Source: Cyanophora paradoxa CCMP329 (Eukaryota > Plantae > Glaucophyta). From it: a stretch of 64,000 nucleotides of DNA. The stretch is taken from positions 310,001-374,000 of the forward strand of contig QPMI01000542.1 of NCBI GenBank assembly GCA_004431415.1, given 5' to 3'. Made by a program: the position numbers and the translations under genes. The notes under the pieces are model-generated. The model searched no databases, was not told the DNA's origin, and saw only the letters and a list, made by a program, of their open reading frames with translations. Shown one piece after another: positions 11,136 through 23,500 of this stretch; position 1 is the stretch's first letter; the number at the start of each line of letters is the position of its first letter.

Positions 11136-12344
11136 GCGCGGGCTGCAGCCTGCAGCTGCAGGAAGTGTGAAGTCCGAGTCGTGCGGTCGCGGGTCACCAC
11201 GGAAGTTCCTGCGTGCGACGATTAGCAAGAATAGCCCACAGAGCGATCGCAGCGCGTCCGAGAGCACGAGTTAAGCCGCGCTCCGCGGATCGGACCTGGC
11301 GGGCTGCGGACAAAGCCGTTCGGCGCTCCGGGCGGAAGCTGCCCACTTCCTGAAGCTCTCTGGTCAGCACAGAGTGTATGGAGAAGTCGGCAGCTCGCGG
11401 GAGGCGGGCCACGGACCTGATTCGACGAAGTCCGCCCGCGGCCCGCTCTCGCTGCCGACCTGCGCGCGTACGAGATGCACACAACACTAGAGAGGCCGCT
11501 GCTGCATGCTCCGCTCGCCCGCGGGCGCAGCAAGGCGCAGCAGCGGGCAGCGAGGACTCCGATATTTGCGACTTGTGTACCCCGTTCAAAATCGGTACCC
11601 AAGTTCGAAGACCTCGGACCTCCGACCTTGCTCTTAGCTATAGCTAGAGTTATGCAAGACAAGCGGCGAGTGCAGCTCTGCACTGGAGGCGCTAGCTACG
11701 AAGAGTGGAGAGCGCCATAGACCCCGCAGGCTCCGCAGGTGACGTGGCCAGATGCGTGCGGCAGCGCAGGAGGCCGCTTGCTCTTAGCAGCGTACCGAGA
11801 GCGTGGATGCGTGGTGCGCTGGATCGGTCCCGCGAGCCCCATTGCGCTCTCCAGCGGCGCCGACCTCGGGAGAAGTTGCTCATCCGGGCCCAGGTTCGGC
11901 GCAGCTCCCCGCTCTACATCACAGAGGTCTTGAGTCGATGTAAGAGCGCCACTTGCACGCTTTCAGCCCGACCTGACGCGATTTCGTGCAGGCTGGCAGG
12001 CGGCGTGCGGATTGCTTGCACCTTCGAGAGCGCACGACGCACCGCGCACGCGCAACGCTCTGCATCGTCTCTCCGGTCGATCCTGTTGCAGGCGAGCCGC
12101 GCCCGCTGCCGCGCCGCGCCCGAGCGCCGACGGCCGCCGCAGTTTGATGGTCGCGCGGCCGCACCCGTGCGCTCCCGCCCAATCGCTGCGCATTCCCGTG
12201 ATCCTCGCCTCAGATGCTCGCGAAACGGCCGCGCGGGAGCGGGTCCTCCGCCGCTCCTTCCCCCCTCGCGGGCGGCCTTCCTCGGCTCCACGACCATCCC
12301 GTCGCCGAGCTCGCCCAGGTCCGAGGGGTCCCTAGGGGAGGGAG

Positions 12345-13241
12345 AATCAACTTTCGGCCGACCACGTAGGCTTATAAAGGGCTTCAATACGAGTTAAAAG
12401 AGCATAGTATCCGGTCCGGTGGCTCACGTTTAGAGACGACTTCCTGGGAGCGCTGCCGGGCCGCTGGGCCACGGGAATCGCTGCCGCGGGCGCGTTCTCT
12501 TTCCCCGCGCACTGGTCTGCATCTAACCTCAATCCCGGAACTCGCAGATCTCGCAGGCGAGCTCTCCACGCGAAACGGCTGAGGAGCTCCGAGCGTTTCG
12601 GGTGCGCGCTCGCCAGGGCGGCGATTCCTCCCAAAATTTTCTTAGCAGAGGCAGCTCCTCTGAGGGAGTAGAGTACGGGGGACCGCCTTTCGACCCCCTT
12701 CGATTCCGTGAGGAGCTTCCTTTGCGGATCTAGCGCCAGGGCCAGGGCGCAGCTCTTAAGCCCCATCAATCATCTTAAATGTCTCTTCAATGCGCATCTC
12801 ACATATTTTTGCCTCCCAGATTGTCGGGGATCGATCTGGCGCTTTCGTGGAGCCCGTGGAGCTCGAGGACGACGTCCGCCGCCTCCAGGTACGAAGGTGC
12901 CCCTGGGGGGCAAAAATCAACTTTCGGCCGACCACGTAGGCTTATAGAGGGCTTCAATACGAGTTAAATGAGCATAGTCTCCGGTCCGGCAGATTACTTT
13001 TAGAAACGACTTCCTGGCACTGTTGCCGGGCCGCTGTGCCACGAGAATCGCTGCGCCGGGCGCGTTCTCTTATCCCGCGCACTAGTCTGCATCTAATCTC
13101 GAGTTCTGCTTGTTCAGATTTCGCAGGCGAACTCCCCACGCGAAACGGCTGCGGAGCTCCGCGCTTTTCTGGTGCGCGCTCGCCAGGCCGCGGCGCCGCT
13201 CTTAAGCTCTACGCATAATCTCAAATGTCTCTTCAATGCGC
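12345..13241. repeat. Diverged direct repeat with 570-bp period inside CACTA (also at about 25718-26614)
   Basis: AATCAACTTTCGGCCGACCACGTAGGCTTATA occurs at 12345 and 12915. Both units end TGTCTCTTCAATGCGC; the second lacks about 125 bp and carries many substitutions. Confidence 0.85.
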
Positions 13242-16200
13242 GCTGCGACGTGCTTCTAGATCGCCCCGTTCTGAACACCCCCCGCCTGACCTTATTCTGA
13301 CATTATTCTGACACTATCCCCTAGGACGGACCTCCCGACCCGCCCCGGGCCACCGGAGGCGCGCCGGACCGCCGGACTTGCGCGGCCCGACGGAGACGGG
13401 TGCGGGCAAGCGGTGCGTACCCCTACCGGGGGTACATGATTTCTTAGTGACCTTCCTTCAGTTCCTCATTTCTCGGCACGGCGGCGGCGACGGGCGGCTC
13501 CGCGCGGCTCCCCGTGCGCGTCTTGACATGGGCTATCCACAGGCCGAGCGCGGCGCCCGGCGCCGCGGCCGGGGAGGAGCCCGGGCCCGAGATCTCCCCA
13601 GGAGAACCCTCTGGACCGCCGCGCTCCTCTGCGCCTTCCCTATTCCGCGCGTAAGGATGCACGGAGGTCGTTAGGATGATTCTTTATCTAAATGTGCAGT
13701 AAACATGCAGCGCGATTTTCGCTTTCGGCACAGCGGGGCAGTTTTCGCACGCGCCGTCCCGCGGAGCGGCGCTGGGGGCTGCGCGGCCTCTATACGCATC
13801 TCTAATCGATATAGAATGTTCGTGGCATGCTGCGCGCCGGGTGGGGGTTCCGGGGAATGCATTCCGCAGCGGAAAGTATACGCAGCCGGTTCAAATTTGG
13901 CGGCCTGTTGTGAACGCACCGGCTCATCTCCAGCTTCTAAAACTTGCATATTTGGAATCAGAAGCTTCAAAATAGGGTGGGTGCTTGTTTCTAGGTCGAT
14001 ACGAGAAGAGGGCCCGATCCACGACTCGGTCATGAACATGATGATCATGAACATGATTTGCATGACATGACATCGGCGGTTTGCACTCAACCTGCGCATT
14101 TTACATTTTACGAAATACCATAAATATCCAGAAGGGTGTAGATGGGGGTTTTCGAGGGTGGCGGAGACGATGGGCGTGTTTCTGCGGCCAGCCAATTAAA
14201 GCCTGAACCGGTATTCAAGATTCGCAGTAACGGGGGCCCCATATTGCTCCCAGCATCATTCCGCCCCACCCATTCGCAGGCAGCTTCCACCACTCCGAAT
14301 ATAAGTCATTCAGATGCTATTAAGAGATACTGCATGCTTGGAAGCCCGCTCGGAGTTCGAACCACGAGCCCCGCACCCCTCGAGCCCTTGGCCCCGCGTG
14401 CTCAGTTTGCAGACGAGCTGGCCTCGTTCATATCGATGCTATAAGTTATATATAATTAGCTGCAGGAAGGCACACTACCTACAACTAAAACTGTAATATT
14501 GATAAATTCGGACGTCGATACATACGCCATACATGTCCAGCCGAAATTCTAGCGGAGCACAGCGAACGATTGGCGCGAAACTGAGCACGTCAGAAGTGCA
14601 GTTTAGAGCAATCTAGAGCAGGGAAATTTTTGGTTTCGCGCCAATGTCTCGCCGTGCAGAAGTTGGCCTCGGGGGTCGCTGCGCCCCGGCCCCCTCTTCA
14701 GCCCTCGACAGCGCAAGGCAGCTCAAGGCCCGCCCAGGCCCCCCCGCTCCCCCCAACTGCCCTTCCCGGGACTCGAACGCTGGAGCAATAAGACGCCGGC
14801 CGGGCGCGCTGCTAGCTCGGCTAGCTCGCCGCGAAACTGGCCTTTTCCTCGTCGCCTTTGTATGGCCATACATCTAGGAAAATTTCGTACCGGATCCGCA
14901 CGAAACTGAGCCTTATTCTAGCATCAAGATGCATATTAGCTAGTATTAAACGCTTCAGTTTCTCGCCAATCGCTTCCCATTATTTTATCCAGCCAAATCG
15001 ACCAGATACTCTAGATCGATATCTCCGCGAAGTCTCCAGCCAAGGCGCGGAGACTTGCTGGAGAGTGGCTCTATACAAGTCTCCAAAGAGTCTCCAAGCG
15101 GATATTAGCTGGAGACTACAGCTCAGGAAATACTCCATCTAGTCTCCTGAAGCCCCAAAAATGCGTTAGTCTCCAGCTAGTCTCAGTCTATTCTCCAGCT
15201 GATCTCCCGGGACCCCCCCCTCCACTAGTGGAGCCCGGGGATATCGATCCGCGAGCCGCTGAGCTGGGGTCCTGCAGCTGGGGACCCGCCCGAGATCTAG
15301 AGATTCTAGCCTATAGCTAGCAGCTGCAGACCGTACGCGTCGGACCACGCGCGCGCTGCGCATGCGGGCCTGCGCATGCGGCACGTGCATGCGCACGCGT
15401 ACGCGTATATGCGTATACGTACGTACGAGGGCGCGTGTATACAGGGCCCACGTGCACGCGGGCCGCGGCTCGGGGGCCCGGCCGGCGCGGGGCGGGCCCG
15501 AGGGGGGGGGGTACTGCCGTACCGGCCCCACTCGTCGCGTCGACTCGCCGCGCGGAAAGGCGCGGTGCGCCGGTTGGCACAAGCGATTCGACGCGCCGGC
15601 GTCGATGTCTCCGCGGCGAGTCCGCGCAGAGTCCGCGGAGCTTCATGTGTTTTGATTCTTTTGAAAGGTTTTTCAATCTGAAGAATTAAAAAAAGACAAA
15701 GGAATCATTGAAAGGTAACTTCGGGGTAACTTCCGAAAAAAGTGTTGCCGCAGGCTGGCCCGCACTGCCCCGCAGTGCGATCGCCGGTACCGCCAGGCGC
15801 CGCGAGCCTCGCGATCGGAGGCCGGGGCCGCCGGGCGGCGGGCGCCGGCGGCGCGGCCAGCGCCGCCGCGCGGCCGCGCGGCCCGCGCCCGAGCGCCGCG
15901 GCGCCCGGCCGCCGCCAGCTGCAGCCCGGCGCCGCGCCGCCGGCGCCCGCCGCGCTCCCGAGTCCCGAGTCCTGATCGCGACTCGCCGACAGTCGGCGAG
16001 TCCCGAGTCCCGGAGTCCCGAGTCTCCCGACCGTCGGACTCCCGACTCCCGACTCCCGAGTCCCGAGTCCCGACTCCCGAGTCCCGACTCCCGAGTCCCG
16101 AGTCCCGACTCGGCGACTCCCGAGCCTCGGAGTCCCGACTCCCGACTCCCGACTCCCGGAGTCCGGCGAGTCCCGACTTCCGCGCCCGAGTCGGCCCGAC

Positions 16201-16831
16201 TCGGCGAGTCCGACTTCGACCCGGGCCCTGATCGGAGGCGCCGTGCCGACTCACAGGGATCCGGACTCCGGATCCGGAGTCGGCTCATCAGCCTGGCAGA
16301 CTCCTCGGCTCTGCTGCGCTCTACTAGGCTACTCTGGCTACTACTACTAGGCTGCTCTGCTGCTGCCAGCATCCTGCTGGTCCCTGGGAGGCTGGGAGCC
16401 TGGGACTCCCTGCAGCGGCTGGTCCGTGGCGACTCCGAGCAGCTGCAGGCTGTACTGCAGGCTGCAGCAGGCGTCTGCAGCTGCCCTGGGCGACACTGTG
16501 ACAGCTGGTAGGATCCGGAGGCGCGAGTCGGCGCATGCACTGCAGCAGGCATCGGCAGCTGCCCTGGGCCTGTTCCTAGGCCTGGGCCGCCGCCTGGCCC
16601 AGCAGCTGCAGACTGCAGTCACTGAGTGTTTCGAGTCAACTTTCGACTGTCTGTGGAGCTCCTGCAGCTGGAGATCTAGACGCGAACATCTATATATATA
16701 GGTCTGCAGTACTAGTTAGCTAGCCATAGATCTATAGCTATAGCTAGGCCCAGCAGCTTCGAATTCGCAGCATCCATATGCATGCGCAAATGTGCAGCCT
16801 TGAATGCAGCTACGCATGCATATGCATGCAT

Positions 16832-19800
16832 ATGGCGCCGGCCTGCAGCCGCAGCTGCCCCGCGGCGGGCGGGCAGAGTCCCGCGGCCGCGCGCGCCTGT
16901 GCACGCGAAGGCAAGGGCCCCGCGGCCGGCGCCGGCACTGGCGCCAGTCGCAGGTCGCCTCGCGACCGGCGAGATCTAGATCTGGAGCTCGACCGCCGGC
17001 AGCGGCCGTCGGGGGCGGCCGCCGTAGGTCTCGGCGCATGCGCGCTGCTGGCCCTCCAGCTCGGGCTGCTGACCGTGGCGCTCCTGCCTGCGGCTTCGGC
17101 AATATCCATCAACGCCTCGTCAATCGTGCTGGCCCCGCCTTCCCGGCCGCCCACTGGCTTTGAGACCGCGGAAACGTACTACGCCTCTGTTCAGGTACGC
17201 AATTGCAATTTGGCAAATGCTGTCCCATTGTCATTTAAATTTGCGAATAAGTCCGATACACGTGCCGGTACTTTAAGCACAATTTTGGTTCGCGCTCATC
17301 TTACATAAGACTTAATTGCATCTCCCCACACTATATATAGCTATTTTCAGGCCGGGAGTGTGCACGTGGACCGAACCCTTAGTCACACACGCGGCTAATG
17401 ACGCCGTCGCAGCGCGTGTACGCCGCTTCGACGGACCCCACAACGAAGCTCGTCTTCGGCCGCAAGAGTCCGTCTGGGCCGCCGGGCCGCCGCCCGCGCC
17501 CTAGGCCTCCCTCCGGCTTCGAGCTGATCATGAGCCACCACCGGTACCGGCGCCGTTGCGCAGGCGAGCTGTGGCTGGTGGTCGACGTCGATGACCCTCC
17601 CGGGATCGATGAGGGCGAGTTCTCCTGTCAGGCCTCCCGCCTCCACACCTGCAGCGTCGACGAGGGTGCGAAACAATAAATTCCGCCTTTCTTATGGCTG
17701 ACCAAGACTTTCCCATGGGCCACCCTTTCCGTGGCACAGCGGCCATGCTGGCCCAGCCCGGCTGCAGCCCTTACATCGTCGTGAGCGCTCCGAGCACCAA
17801 CGTCACCTTCCGCGTCCCCCACGTGCCCCGGTATCCCGAATCCCATCCCGAAACCATCGTCTGCTTCGAATTCATTGTTATATTTTTATAAAGAACTCCA
17901 GCTTCAAGCTATTTTTATAAGACTCTTGTTTGACGCTTGACATTTACACGCGGCGCGGCAGGGCGCAGACGCCGTGGGCGTCCCACCACGCGACCTCGCG
18001 CCTCTACTTCCGCCACGTCGTCAACGACGAGGACCCCGTCCTCGAGCCCCTCCGCGCCCCGATCGTGTCAGCGGCCTTCAGCTTCCAATTTAAATTCGTC
18101 TCTTCGTGTGATTCGGAGCGTGCAGGAACCTCGCAAACTGCAACTACATCACGACAGCTTTCGGGATACTGGAGGTGCGATGCTCCGATCCGTTTCTTCT
18201 AAGAGTCTTAAGCTCGAGCTCGAACCAACTCGTTTTCGCTGATCGCAAATCCCGCTTTTCGAAATCGGCAGTACATCACGCTCGACAACGCGACGCACGC
18301 GCCCAGCGGGTACTTCGAGGTCGAGCCCGACCCCTCCAACCCACTCAATGCAGACCCCGTCGTCGACACGGTGCGCCATTCAGTCCTTTTGAGTCCAGCA
18401 ATATGTCTTATTCCGCTTTGCTTGCAGTCGAAGCGCATCAAGCTCGACCCGGAGCTAGAGCCCGTGTCTCTGCAGCTGGTCCATGTCGATGTTAAATCAA
18501 ACGTCTGCCGCTTCTGCGCTGATTCCGGTCTCATCCTGCAGATCGGGCTGAGCCTGGCTCGACCCTTTCCGTCAATGACGTCATGTGGGTGGCGATCACT
18601 TTCGACGGGGTCATCGTGCGCCCGAAATTGAACCGCGACTCTGTCTTCCCGGACACGTAAAATTTCCTCTCGAAATAATCCTAATCATAACCCCTGCACA
18701 CCACAGGACGACCCTCTTCCGCCGAACTGTTCCATTGCTGTCAACCTGTGCGCTGCCGCATGCGCATATGCATGCTCAGCCGTTTGAATACCATTATATT
18801 CAAACTAATCTCTTGTTCGAGCTTCGAGCTGCTGCCGACGTTGTTTTCACTTCTGCTTAAGCTTATTCAACCCCCCCGGCTCGACAGCAATTTCCGGACC
18901 ATTGAAGACTGGCAGGCAGTCTCGCGCGATGATGCGCTCGCGGGAATGGGCGGTGCGGGCCACGCCACAATCAGCGATCACACACTCGTCTACCGTCACA
19001 CGTACGCGTGCAGCTTGATGCTTGTTTCGCATGCGCATGGGTCTCCGAGCGCTAAACGATCACGGCATGCGCAGGGTTCTGAAGGGTGAGAACTCGAGGG
19101 CGATTGCGGTGAGGAGCCCCGTAACACAGGGCCTCATCATCTCGAACGATTGCTCCTCGAAGTGCGGCTTGCGCCGAGGCGGAATGCGTGCTCCCTCTCA
19201 GAGTCTCTGCAGGGGGATGCGATTCGCGTCCGCGAAAGCAGGAGCAAAGCGGACCGTGAGCCTCGCAGGTGCATTCGAGAGAAGGGGCGCCGGGCGCGTG
19301 TCTAAGCTGGGCTCAAATCTCCCTGCAGACCTCGTCTTCTCGCCATGCAAGCGGTCCTTGACCTCGCCGAGCGGCTGCGAGCCCGGAGTGACCTCCGTCG
19401 GCGTTGACACCCTCCGTGCGCCAACGCCCCCGACCGGGATCTCAATTGAAAGCCACATGAGTAGCTCCAGAAATTAATCTGAGCGGTGTTTTGCGGCAGC
19501 CCCGCGGATGGTCGGCGTCAGCACACGCAAGGACCCGAAGTCGGTGTTCTACAGCGGCGACGCTATCGATATTGGTAGGCATATCACTAATCGTATAACA
19601 GCTGGCTTCTGTCACTGACCACATTTATGTGTGCGCAGCGGTTCTTTTCACCAAGCCCGTGATTTTTGTGGTTTCTCCCGACAATGGCGTCAATCCCTTC
19701 GGTCTGCCTGCGTTGCCCTGCGTAGAAATATCCGAACAAGCGTTTGTACATGGGTCGCTCAACTGGCTCTCCGGATCCTTCGCGCAGCCGTGGGGCGGCC

Positions 19801-21668
19801 TTACCTCGACCTGAACTCCGGCGGCGAGGCCTCTTTCGTCGGATACTTCCCGAACGACAATTCCACCCTTCTCTTCCGCTACCTAGTTGCGGTTCGTCGC
19901 TCAGGATCGCACAGCTCAGTTGCCGGAATGCTTCTGCTAAATCTGCAGCCGCTGATCCTCGGAGAGCAGTCTGGCGAGACGACGGACGGGAAGCCCCTTG
20001 AGGTCGTCAAGTTCGAAACAAACGGCGCCGTCGTTACGTCGGCCAACGGCCTGGACAGTGCGCCGTGCAATCGCAAAGGCTTTTGACCTCGCTCAAGAAA
20101 GCTTATCGCATTCTTTCGCGTCTCAGTTGTCGCGAACGAAGAGGTGCTGAAGGCGGTTAAGGATGCGAACAGCGGCCTGTCAGCCGCTGGCCTCATTGTT
20201 CAGCGCTCCAGCACTGCGCGCCGGGTACGATCTGTACATGGTTTAAAAACGCATTTCTCATTTGAGAGGCAACGATCGATTTTGCGAGCGCAGCTCGAGG
20301 TATTCGGCGCTGTCGGCGGGGGCCGTGATGTCTTCTCGCTCCACTCGGTCATTTACATTATTCTTACCTTCGACGACGTGGTGCGGCGCGTTTGTGATGA
20401 ATTGCTGCACAGCTGCAGGCGGGCTCACAGTGTTTTCTCGTAATTTGCACAGGTCTTCCAGCGCCCGAAGGACAACAACTCCGCCGCCCTCGACGCCTGC
20501 GGCCGACGCTGCGCACTAACTTCGGAACTTTGGAGTTCCTCCCGCGCGAGGAGTTCAACGCTATTGTCCAGGTGCTATTTTGCGCTTGACGTCGCCTGAA
20601 CGCGTACGTGCCTGAACGCTTCGCAGGGCAACGTGGCAGGCCGCCAGCAGATCGTATTTCGCCGTTCAGTGGAAGTGCGCGAAATCATATGCGACCGGAC
20701 GCCGTGTTCGTGCATACGAAGCCGCCTCTGACAGCGACGCAGCCGAGACGGGCTGTACGAGAGCATCGAGATCGAGAAGCCGTACGACACTGCGGTCAAC
20801 GCCACCGGCTGCAGCCCCGCCGCGAGTGCGCGCGCGTGGCTCTGCATGCGCATTTTAATTTGTGAAACCGATCTGCTTTCGACTCTGTTAATTCTCCAAT
20901 GCAATTCTCCTGTTAATATATTCTGTTTCAATGTTTCTTGAACAGCGGGCATGGTTGTACCGGTGGCGCTCTCGAAGATCGCGGGCTTCTACCCGCTGGA
21001 GAATCAAAACAACCCCTTTGAGGCATGGGTGAAGGTGCGTGAGCAAAGCGCTCGCATATCTGAATATCTGCATATCTGCATCTGCTGTCTAATTTCCAAG
21101 CTAGATCGATACCTTTTCGGCCAGCATCGTCGGAGTTGCCGCAAAGGTAATTGGTCTTGTTTAATGATTATTCGATCCCCCAGCTGCAGTCTATCGGTTT
21201 TGAGATTCTTCCAGTTCTCGAACATCACTGTGGGCCTCGCTCCCGGTCGCATAGGGGTACGTATACGTTCTCGAGACGAGCTCGCGAGCATCGCCACCCG
21301 TGCATCCGACAACACCGCGCGCGCCGCAGGACGTCGATATCCTCGTCACATTTTCGAAACCGGTGGACTACCAAATCCTCGTGCGACCACAAACTTGCAG
21401 CCAAAATCGATACCGAATTCGTCTTCGTGGCTCACGCGCACGCGGCCGCGGCGCGCGCGCAGCTGGACCCGCTGAACGTGCAGGACGCGGCGAAGACGCG
21501 GGAGGCACGCCTGTACGGCACGCCGCGCATCGCCCTCAACACGCTCGCCTACGCGTACCTCCTCGGCTACGCCAACCCGGACATTCCGGCCAGCTTGATC
21601 CATTACGCACTCCAAGAGCAGTGTTCGTCATGAACATGATGATCATGAACATGATTTGCATGACATGA
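16832..21668 (+). pseudogene. 3'-truncated copy 2 of the channel gene
   Basis: Same sequence and same junction as copy 1. One C fewer in ATTCCCGG moves the stop to 21633 as written, or to 21668 if that is a homopolymer error. Confidence 0.85.
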
Positions 21669-22295
21669 CATCGGCGGTTTGCACTCAACCTGCGCATTTT
21701 ACATTTTACGAAATACCATAAATATCCAGAAGGGTGTAGATGGGGGTTTTCGAGGGTGGCGGAGACGATGGCGTGTTTCTGCGGCCAGCCAATTAAAGCC
21801 TGAACCGGTATTCAAGATTCGCAGTAACGGGGCCCCATATTGCTCCCAGCATCATTCCGCCCCACCCATTCGCAGGCAGCTTCCACCACTCCGAATATAA
21901 GTCATTCAGATGCTATTAAGAGATACTGCATGCTTGGAAGCCCGCTCGGAGTTCGAACCACGAGCCCCGCACCCCTCGAGCCCTTGGCCCCGCGTGCTCA
22001 GTTTGCAGACGAGCTGGCCTCGTTCATATCGATGCTATAAGTTATATATAATTAGCTGCAGGAAGGCACACTACCTACAACTAAAACTGTAATATTGATA
22101 AATTCGGACGTCGATACATACGCCATACATGTCCAGCCGAAATTCTAGCGGAGCACAGCGAACGATTGGCGCGAAACTGAGCACGTCAGAAGTGCAGTTT
22201 AGAGCAATCTAGAGCAGGGAAATTTTTGGTTTCGCGCCAATGTCTCGCCGTGCAGAAGTTGGCCTCGGGGGTCGCTGCGCCCCGGCCCCCTCTTC
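21628..22295. mobile_element. CACTA right-arm internal fragment (no TIR)
   Basis: Matches about 14030-14699, then switches through the microhomology TC to sequence matching 8925 onward. Confidence 0.88.
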
Positions 22296-22329
22296 GCCGG
22301 CGCTAGAGAAGGAGCTCGGAGATCTCTAG
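22294..22329 (+). pseudogene. Last 36 nt of the FNT coding sequence, carried by the 13.4-kb duplication
   Basis: Identical to 8925-8960. Confidence 0.7.
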
Positions 22330-23500
22330 GACGGTTGATATAAGGGCAAGCGCAAGTTAAGGGATTTCAGAGCCGCGTGCCGGCCGTCATTTGACGGCTC
22401 TCGAATTTCCTCTTGATTTTCAAGACGCGCTATCGAGCTGCCCGGCGTTGATTATTGGTTAGAACGACGTACACATGCACAATATTTCCGCGGTATTTTT
22501 GTATGCAAGCGTCCCTACACTGTCTCAGAGTCTTGTTCTTCGCTTGTGCATCTTGTCCAGTATACGTAGGGATGCCTTTCATGCGCCGCGGCGCTTGGTC
22601 TGATTTCGAATTCCTATATTTAATATATATAGTCATAGTTTCAAAGTGAAGCCTCGCATTCGCAGCCATGGCCATTTTCTACATTCGCAGCCATGGCCGT
22701 TTCCTCCATTTCCGCAGCCATTTCCTGCTAAAGATCCGTGTACACGTTAAACGTTTCGATCGCATCTTAGAAATCCTTCAGAGGATTTAAGATCAGCTCC
22801 TTTCGCAGGAGATTGCGTCGATGCAATGGAGCTCATTGTAGCTATTGCCAGTATACGTAGACGTAGATGTACAGTACCATTCGGGAATTTCCTGGGTCTA
22901 TAGCTATAGCTAGTTGGTTTCTGTAGCCAGATTTCTAGATTTGATTCGTCGGTAGATGCGCCCGTTCCCGGAGTCCCCTCGGTGTCAAGAGTCGCTCGAA
23001 TCTTGCAATTGCGTCAATTGCAATCTGATCAATTTGAAGCAGTGTTGGCCAGCCCCTCTCAGAGTCTGAATATCTTTTGCGTGGGAGATAATCACAAGAA
23101 ATCATTCGACTTCGAATCCAAAAACATGTGCAGATCTAGAGTACGCGCAGCCTCAGACAGGACTTGGAAGGCGCTCCGTTGTTCCAACCCGCCTTTGAAT
23201 TTCCCGTCGGTCCGATCCAGCCCTGGAGCTGCGCGTATGCGCATGCATGCATTTCATCGTATGGTCGAGCTCCCGGAGTCGGGGACTCCGGGAGGCCAGG
23301 CCAAGGCCTCGCGATCGCGGCCGCATCGCGGCTGAAATTCGAGTCCCGAGAGTCGCGCGCGTGACCGCCACGAGGGCAAGTCCAAGGCCTTGGCCTTGGC
23401 ATTAATATTGGCATTGGTCCCGAAACCACCACGTGCACCGCTGCACGCGTACGGCCGGGGTCGACGTTCCGATTCCGACTCGCGATCGCGCTCGGCCGAG

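Larger units (their letters stand above)
10131..15230. mobile_element. Non-autonomous CACTA (EnSpm/CMC) DNA transposon, complete copy A
   Basis: Perfect 42-bp TIR CACTAGTGGAGGGGGGGGTCCCGGGAGATCAGCTGGAGAATA at 10131-10172, with its reverse complement at 15189-15230. The 3-bp TSD GAG is at 10128-10130 and 15231-15233. Dense subterminal GGAGA(C/T)T and AGTCTCC repeats occur at about 10150-10415 and 15020-15200. No transposase motifs were recognised inside. Confidence 0.92.

Noticed and set aside
11140-14030. Transposase or TnpA coding region inside the CACTA element
   Set aside because: No DDE/Transposase_21-like motifs were recognised in any frame; spliced remnants cannot be excluded without a profile search.
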